Positions 59,339 through 64,000 of a stretch of 64,000 bases of DNA are shown here, piece by piece. Made by a program: the position numbers and the translations under genes. The notes below the pieces were generated by a model. It did not search any database and was not told the origin of the DNA. It saw only the letters and a list, made by a program, of their open reading frames with translations. The stretch is from Candidatus Levyibacteriota bacterium (GTDB taxonomy: Bacteria > Patescibacteriota > Microgenomatia > Levybacterales > UBA12049), in assembly GCA_963790825.1 (NCBI GenBank), contig CAWBPM010000003.1, positions 56,353 through 120,352 of the forward strand, written 5' to 3'. Every line of letters begins with the position of its first letter. Positions within the stretch are counted from its first letter, which is position 1.

Positions 59339-59749
59339 ATGGAATTAAAAGTACTAGTTGTTGGTGTTATTAAAAAGGATAACCAAATACTCCTTCGCAA
59401 AAAACCTGATGGATCACCTCCTTATAAAGAAACATGGTATCTTTTTAGCGGTGAACTAAAAAATGATGAGATACCAGAAATTGTAATAAAGGAAGCTGTA
59501 AAAAAACACACTGGCATTAATATCAGAATGGTTAAACCTATTAATTGGGATACTGAGATCAAAGAAGATCTTGATGGTGTCATAAAAAATTTTGTTTATT
59601 TAGATGTAGAATGTGATTATATAGATGGAGAGTTGCAAAAAGGAGAAGGTATCGAAAAATTAGAGTGGGTAGACATTGATAAATTAGCTCAATATGATAT
59701 CGTACCTCCTTCAAGAGTATTATTTGGAAAATTAGGATTTCTTAAATAA
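59339..59749 (+). CDS. NUDIX-family hydrolase
   Basis: ILLRKK..WYLFSG and a divergent Nudix box GELKNDEIPEIVIKEAVKKHTG. Confidence 0.75.
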   Translation: MELKVLVVGVIKKDNQILLRKKPDGSPPYKETWYLFSGELKNDEIPEIVIKEAVKKHTGINIRMVKPINWDTEIKEDLDGVIKNFVYLDVECDYIDGELQKGEGIEKLEWVDIDKLAQYDIVPPSRVLFGKLGFLK

Positions 59750-59779
59750 AAAGTTCCAACGTTGTTCAGGCTTGCCAGC
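59750..59779 (+). repeat. tRNA-Gln 3'-like junction A
   Basis: 28/30 identical to 60262-60291; ends TTCAGGCTTGCCAGC versus tRNA TCCAGGTTCGGCAGC; abuts the NUDIX stop. Confidence 0.7.
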
Positions 59780-59831
59780 TAATATTAATCCTATAGTTGA
59801 AAGTAGTATTAATTTGTTGTAAAATGTCTGG

Positions 59832-60257
59832 GTGTCTGAAAGAGAAATAAATACAGGAAACAATGAATCATTCCCTCAAAAGATGGCTCGTGGCTGTATT
59901 TTTTTAACACAAAAAGAAGCTAAGTTATTATATCTTCGTAATGGGAGACAGCGTAAGAATATATCAGCAACCATTCAAAATCTAATACAGCCTAGAATTG
60001 ACAGACTAAAAAATACTACCCCAGAAGAACGAGAAAGCATGCTTAAAGGATATCTCGGGCAAGTTATAAGTAGATCAGAGATAGGGCTTGAATCTTTTGA
60101 AACAGGAAATTCCCCTCCATTTATAGAAGTTAACTGGGTTCTCCCTAAAACATTCATTGACATGATAGGTAATGTCGCTGATCTGGGCAGGCTAAGTAGT
60201 GAAAGTTTAATGAGCTGTATGCTCTCAGATGTTTTAAATATGAGGGAGAGTAGTTAA
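59832..60257 (+). CDS. hypothetical protein
   Basis: 141-aa ORF, TAAAAT 6 nt before the GTG, bounded by junctions A and B. Confidence 0.6.
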   Translation: MSEREINTGNNESFPQKMARGCIFLTQKEAKLLYLRNGRQRKNISATIQNLIQPRIDRLKNTTPEERESMLKGYLGQVISRSEIGLESFETGNSPPFIEVNWVLPKTFIDMIGNVADLGRLSSESLMSCMLSDVLNMRESS

Positions 60258-60261
60258 CAAA

Positions 60262-60291
60262 AAAGTTCCAAGGTTGTCCAGGCTTGCCAGC
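60262..60291 (+). repeat. tRNA-Gln 3'-like junction B
   Basis: AAAGTTCCAAGGTTGTCCAGGCTTGCCAGC, 4 nt after the stop codon. Confidence 0.7.
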
Positions 60292-60399
60292 AAGATTGGA
60301 CACTAAGCGACCGTAAGCCCTAAAAAAGCCCAGGTGTACCTTCAAATTCGAAGAGCATTTCAAAATTAAAACATTCGGACGGTACGCTCGCCGCCCAGA
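60288..60399 (+). repeat. ~100-nt structured element, copy 1
   Basis: 29-nt exact match (60288-60316 = 61660-61688); GCG-ACCGT can pair with ACGGT-A-CGC. Confidence 0.7.
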
Positions 60400-60457
60400 A
60401 AAAGACCATAAAATGGTTCTTTTTTGCTAGTTATAAGGATAAATTATAGCCAAAATT

Positions 60458-60501
60458 CTCACTGGATGCTGAAGTCGGGGTGAGAATCCTGTTTTTATCC
60501 A
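60458..60501 (+). repeat. tRNA-Gln 3'-like junction C
   Basis: CTG and GGGTGAGAATCC at the anticodon-to-T-loop spacing of the tRNA; 21/31 identical to junction D. The acceptor end is eroded. Confidence 0.5.
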
Positions 60502-60579
60502 CAAATTGGGATTCGAACTAAACCACCCGATAATAAGTTATTCATTAAAACGAGATTTGAGCTATAATTTGTAATTAGA

Positions 60580-61611
60580 ATGATAAAACCAGCAAAACTT
60601 AAGAAAGGTGACGTTATCGGGATAATTTCCCCATCTTGGGGTGGTCCAAGTGTTTTCCCACATATTTACGAAAATGGTTTAAAAAATCTAAAAGCGCTTG
60701 GGTTTGAAATAAAAGAATTCCCAACTGCTAGAGGTGACGCAAAATACCAATATCAGAACCCAAAAATTAGAGCTGAAGACGTAAATGTAGCCTTTGCAGA
60801 TAAAGAGGTCAAGGGAATAATTACTACTATTGGTGGGGATGATTCAGTAAGAATCCTGCCGTTTTTAGATAAGGAAGCCATATCTAATAACCCCAAATTT
60901 TTTATGGGTTATTCTGATACAACCATTCTGACAACATTTATTCGTAGCTTAGGAATCGTTAGTTTTAATGGACCAAGTATTATGGCAGGATTTTCTCAGA
61001 TGGAATCGGAAGGAGATAGTTTCAAAAAACACCTAGAGGATTTTTTGTTCGGAGATTATAACGAATATGAATATAAACCCTACGAATACTATTTTAACAA
61101 CTATCCAGACTGGAAAGATGTAGCAAACATTGGAAAAGTATCCGAACCTGCAAAAACTACTGGGTGGCAATGGCTGCAAGGAAATGTGACGGTTGATGGA
61201 GAACTTTTTGGAGGTAATATTGAAGTTTTAGAATTTATAAAGGGGACAGATTATTGGTTTGATAAAAACTTTTGGAATGAAAAAATACTGTTTTTTGAAA
61301 CTTCAGAAGACAAACCAACAGTAAGCCAGGTAAAGTTTATGTTACGAAATTACGGAACTCAAGGGATATATGACAAAGTGAAAGCAGTATTGTTCGGACG
61401 GGCTAGAGATTACTCCGAAGAAGAAAAGAAAGAATTAGATACAACTCTCACTAACGTAATTGGATTTGAATTTGGAAAACCAGAACTACCAATTATTTCT
61501 AATATGGATTTTGGTCATACCGACCCACAAATTATTCTCCCGCTTGGTGTAAAAGCTGAATTAAATGCCACAAATAAATCATTTAAACTTTTGGGGAGTC
61601 TGTTTAGTTAA
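60580..61611 (+). CDS. S66 family peptidase (LD-carboxypeptidase / MccF-like)
   Basis: LKKGDVIGIISPS, TIGGDDS, GYSDTT, GGNIEV, FFETSE, DFGHTDP (Ser-Glu-His triad). Confidence 0.92.
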   Translation: MIKPAKLKKGDVIGIISPSWGGPSVFPHIYENGLKNLKALGFEIKEFPTARGDAKYQYQNPKIRAEDVNVAFADKEVKGIITTIGGDDSVRILPFLDKEAISNNPKFFMGYSDTTILTTFIRSLGIVSFNGPSIMAGFSQMESEGDSFKKHLEDFLFGDYNEYEYKPYEYYFNNYPDWKDVANIGKVSEPAKTTGWQWLQGNVTVDGELFGGNIEVLEFIKGTDYWFDKNFWNEKILFFETSEDKPTVSQVKFMLRNYGTQGIYDKVKAVLFGRARDYSEEEKKELDTTLTNVIGFEFGKPELPIISNMDFGHTDPQIILPLGVKAELNATNKSFKLLGSLFS

Positions 61612-61619
61612 CATTATGG

Positions 61620-61663
61620 CTGTCTGAATACTAAGGCTGTAGTGAGAATCATTTTCTGGCAGC
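61620..61663 (+). repeat. tRNA-Gln 3'-like junction D
   Basis: Ungapped 23/44 match to 59231-59274, keeping TCTGAAT (anticodon loop), GAATC (T-loop) and GGCAGC. Confidence 0.65.
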
Positions 61664-61765
61664 AAGATTGGACACTAAGCGACCGTAAACTCTAAAAAGC
61701 TTGAATTTGCTTGCTAAGTGTCATTTAATTGTTGGAAGTTTCGGACCACACGCTTAGTGTTCAGA
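61660..61765 (+). repeat. ~100-nt structured element, copy 2
   Basis: Terminal stem TGGACACTAAGCG (61669-61681) / CGCTTAGTGTTCA (61751-61763); inner CCGTAAACT / AGTTTCGG. Confidence 0.72.
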
Positions 61766-61788
61766 GGCAAATTTGCTAAAATAATTTT

Positions 61789-62175
61789 ATGAAAAAGATA
61801 TTAAGACCAAAGGATGTAGATACTTACATCGCTGGGATGCCGAAGGAAATCCGCGGCACACTATCTGAGCTTCGCCGTGTAATTAAAGAAGCTGCGCCGG
61901 AAGCGAAGGAGAGTATTAGTTATGGAATGCCTTTTTATGAATATGGTGGCTCGGGATTTAAGGGACGGCTTATTTATTTTGCCGTGTCAAAAAAAGATAT
62001 TACTGTATATATCCCTCCCACGCGTGCAGGAGAATCACTGGACGAGCTTAAGAAATATCAAGCGACGAAATCATCTTTTCATTTTCCTTTGGACAAACCG
62101 TTTCCTTTTGAGCTTATTGGTAAAACAGTACGGGAAATTGTAGAAAAAGTAAATAAAAGCGGAAATCGAAGCTAG
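61789..62175 (+). CDS. DUF1801 / YdhG-like protein
   Basis: VDTYIA..LR.VIKEAAPEAKESISYGMPFY..FPLDKPFP. Confidence 0.82.
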   Translation: MKKILRPKDVDTYIAGMPKEIRGTLSELRRVIKEAAPEAKESISYGMPFYEYGGSGFKGRLIYFAVSKKDITVYIPPTRAGESLDELKKYQATKSSFHFPLDKPFPFELIGKTVREIVEKVNKSGNRS

Positions 62176-62198
62176 GGAGAGAATCCAAGCTCCGCAGC
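62167..62198 (+). repeat. tRNA-Gln 3'-like junction E
   Basis: GAATCCAAGCTCCGCAGC (62181-62198) matches 59257-59274 at 15/18; overlaps the DUF1801 stop. Confidence 0.7.
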
Positions 62199-62301
62199 AA
62201 AATACTTAATCGATAAAAAGGGAATTATACGACGTACATATTTCGGAGAAGGAGAATACGATAAAACAGAATTAGCAATTCAAACATTACTTAAAGAATA
62301 A
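62194..62301 (+). pseudogene. C-terminal remnant of a DipZ-like redoxin gene
   Basis: The frame reads AAKYLIDKKGIIRRTYFGEGEYDKTELAIQTLLKE*, paralogous to AEYLIDANGTIRRTEFGEGKYDQMEMTIRSLLQE in the next gene. No start codon. Confidence 0.75.
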
Positions 62302-62303
62302 AT

Positions 62304-64000
62304 ATGATTTTATTACTTGCATTTTCATTTTTAGCAGGGTTTGTGACCATACTTGCTCCTTGTATTTGGCCTGTACTTCCTATTGTTTTGTCATCGTCTA
62401 TTGCTGGAGACAAAGGTCATCAAAGGCCACTTGGCATTACCCTTGGTGTGATACTCTCTTTTACTATTTTTACGCTTTCTGTCTCCTATCTTGTTCACAT
62501 TTTTCATCTTGATCCAAATGTACTACGTATTTTTGCAGTTATTATTATTGTTTTTCTTGGGCTCACGATGATTATTCCAGCTTTAGCAACAAAATTTGAG
62601 CTCTTTGTTTCAAGATTATCGAATATCTTTGGTCAAAATTCCAGCAGCAAACGAGGCTCTGGATTTTTACCGGGATTTATCACGGGACTTTCTCTTGGTA
62701 TTGTGTGGTCTCCTTGTGCAGGCCCAATTTTGGCTACTATTGCTGCACTTGCTGCGACAGGACAAGTATCCATACAAGTAATTTTAGTTACTCTTGCCTA
62801 TGTTACTGGTGTAGGAGTGCCATTATTTGCTTTCGCCTACGGAGGTCAGCAGTTTATTAGTCGTGCAAGAGGTATAAATAAATATACAGGAAGAATCCAA
62901 CAAGCTTTTGGCATAGTCATGATTCTTGCTGCAATTGCAATTTTTACCAACTATGACCAGACACTACAGCTACAGCTTTTAAATAAATTTCCTGCATTAG
63001 GAACAGCAGTAAACGGATTTGAAAATAGTAGTCTTGTAAAAAATCAGCTAGACCAGTTGAAAGGGGAAAAATCAACGCAAAGCACTGATACTGGACTGTT
63101 TAATGTTAATCAATCTGCTCCCGATTTTGTTGGTATCGATAAGTGGTTAAATACAAATAAACCGATTACTATTGCGAGTCTCAAAGGAAAGGTAGTCTTG
63201 GTAGATTTTTGGACATACACCTGCATTAACTGTATCCGTACACTTCCCCACGTAACTTCCTGGTATGACAAATATAACAAAGATGGATTTGTGGTTATTG
63301 GTGTCCATACGCCTGAATTTCAATTCGAACATGATACTAATAATGTTCTGAATGCTATAAAAATGTATAACATCCATTATCCAGTTGCTCAGGATAATGA
63401 ATATGCAACTTGGAATAATTACAACAATGAGTATTGGCCGGCAGAATATTTGATTGATGCGAACGGTACGATACGACGTACTGAATTTGGTGAAGGAAAA
63501 TATGATCAAATGGAGATGACGATACGTTCGCTACTTCAAGAAGCCGGAAAAAAAGTAACAGGCTCACTTGACACCATAGTAGACCAAACGCCTCAGTCTC
63601 AGATGTCTCCTGAGACCTATCTTGGTTCCAAAAGAATGCAATATTATTTCCCTTCAGGAAGCTTAGGTAACGGTACTAAGGTCTTCTCATTATCTGATAA
63701 GGTTAATCAAAACAGCTTTAGTTACGGTGGGCAATGGACAATAAATGATGAATATGCTGTTTCAGGAAACAATGCAACGCTTAATTATAACTTCACTGCT
63801 ACCAAAGTGTTTATCATTCTTCGTCCTAATTCTGCAAAAAATCCAACTGTAAAAGTCTCTCTTGATGGAAAGATTATTGACCCCTCAGCTGCAGGAAGTG
63901 ATGTAGAAAATGGGGTCATTACTATTGATAATGATAGGTTATACAACGTAGTTGATCTAAAAGGTAAAACAGAAAATCATATTCTCAAGCTTGAATTTCA
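62304..64000 (+). CDS. dipZ: DipZ-type protein (CcdA/DsbD TM domain + thioredoxin-like domain); runs off the window end
   Basis: Not in the ORF track. MILLLAFSFLAGFVTILAPCIWPVLP, VWSPCAGPILA, VDFWTYTCINCIRTLP, GVHTPEF, YWPAEYLID, SPETYLG. Confidence 0.88.
   Translation, partial: MILLLAFSFLAGFVTILAPCIWPVLPIVLSSSIAGDKGHQRPLGITLGVILSFTIFTLSVSYLVHIFHLDPNVLRIFAVIIIVFLGLTMIIPALATKFELFVSRLSNIFGQNSSSKRGSGFLPGFITGLSLGIVWSPCAGPILATIAALAATGQVSIQVILVTLAYVTGVGVPLFAFAYGGQQFISRARGINKYTGRIQQAFGIVMILAAIAIFTNYDQTLQLQLLNKFPALGTAVNGFENSSLVKNQLDQLKGEKSTQSTDTGLFNVNQSAPDFVGIDKWLNTNKPITIASLKGKVVLVDFWTYTCINCIRTLPHVTSWYDKYNKDGFVVIGVHTPEFQFEHDTNNVLNAIKMYNIHYPVAQDNEYATWNNYNNEYWPAEYLIDANGTIRRTEFGEGKYDQMEMTIRSLLQEAGKKVTGSLDTIVDQTPQSQMSPETYLGSKRMQYYFPSGSLGNGTKVFSLSDKVNQNSFSYGGQWTINDEYAVSGNNATLNYNFTATKVFIILRPNSAKNPTVKVSLDGKIIDPSAAGSDVENGVITIDNDRLYNVVDLKGKTENHILKLEF

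Noticed and set aside
60250-61765. Classical integron attC sites (TAGTTAAC at two stop codons)
   Set aside because: No convincing paired RYYYAAC/GTTRRRY boxes bound the hairpins and no intI is present. The tRNA-like explanation fits better, though an IntegronFinder run is still warranted.
59750-62198. CRISPR array interpretation of the ~30-nt repeats
   Set aside because: Spacing is 0.2-1.2 kb with whole genes between, the repeats are heterogeneous, and no cas genes are present.
62596-63567. Track ORFs 62596-62781, 63147-63509 and 63355-63567
   Set aside because: Shadow frames of dipZ.
1-64000. Alternative genetic code (TGA = Gly, as in Gracilibacteria/Absconditabacteria)
   Set aside because: Genes are full-length under the standard code, and several end in TGA with ATGA overlaps (e.g. 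10564-10567, 25564-25567, 41653-41656).

Overview
The window looks like an AT-rich Patescibacteria (CPR) chromosome segment, probably Microgenomates/Levybacteria-like. This is inferred from gene content and protein style only. Bases 1-34.7 kb are a very large surface-glycosylation locus: 13 GT-C-type polytopic membrane glycosyltransferases, 6 GT2, 2 GT4, a Wzx-type flippase and a GH26 hydrolase, interrupted by an IS30 nested in a degenerate IS1634. Then come tRNA-Glu(CTC) with a downstream tRNA-like remnant, a pyrF-pyrE-pyrD-pyrC operon, a lamin-tail/Pro-Thr protein, an MgtE_N-CBS + NRAMP pair, an AT-rich racemase/GNAT islet, lon-greA with a CIRCE-like operator and a GH/dockerin protein. A signalling and general-stress cluster follows, with three conserved promoters and an IS481. 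The most unusual feature lies after tRNA-Gln(CTG): five small units of 0.2-1.2 kb (NUDIX, hypothetical, non-coding, S66 peptidase, DUF1801), each closed by a degenerate copy of the tRNA-Gln 3' end. Two of them open with the same ~100-nt hairpin, and no integrase is present in the window. This is a candidate tRNA-anchored, integron-like gene-cassette array. Many genes have a -10 hexamer 5-8 nt before the start codon, suggesting leaderless mRNAs. All calls come from manual motif reading, without database searches.
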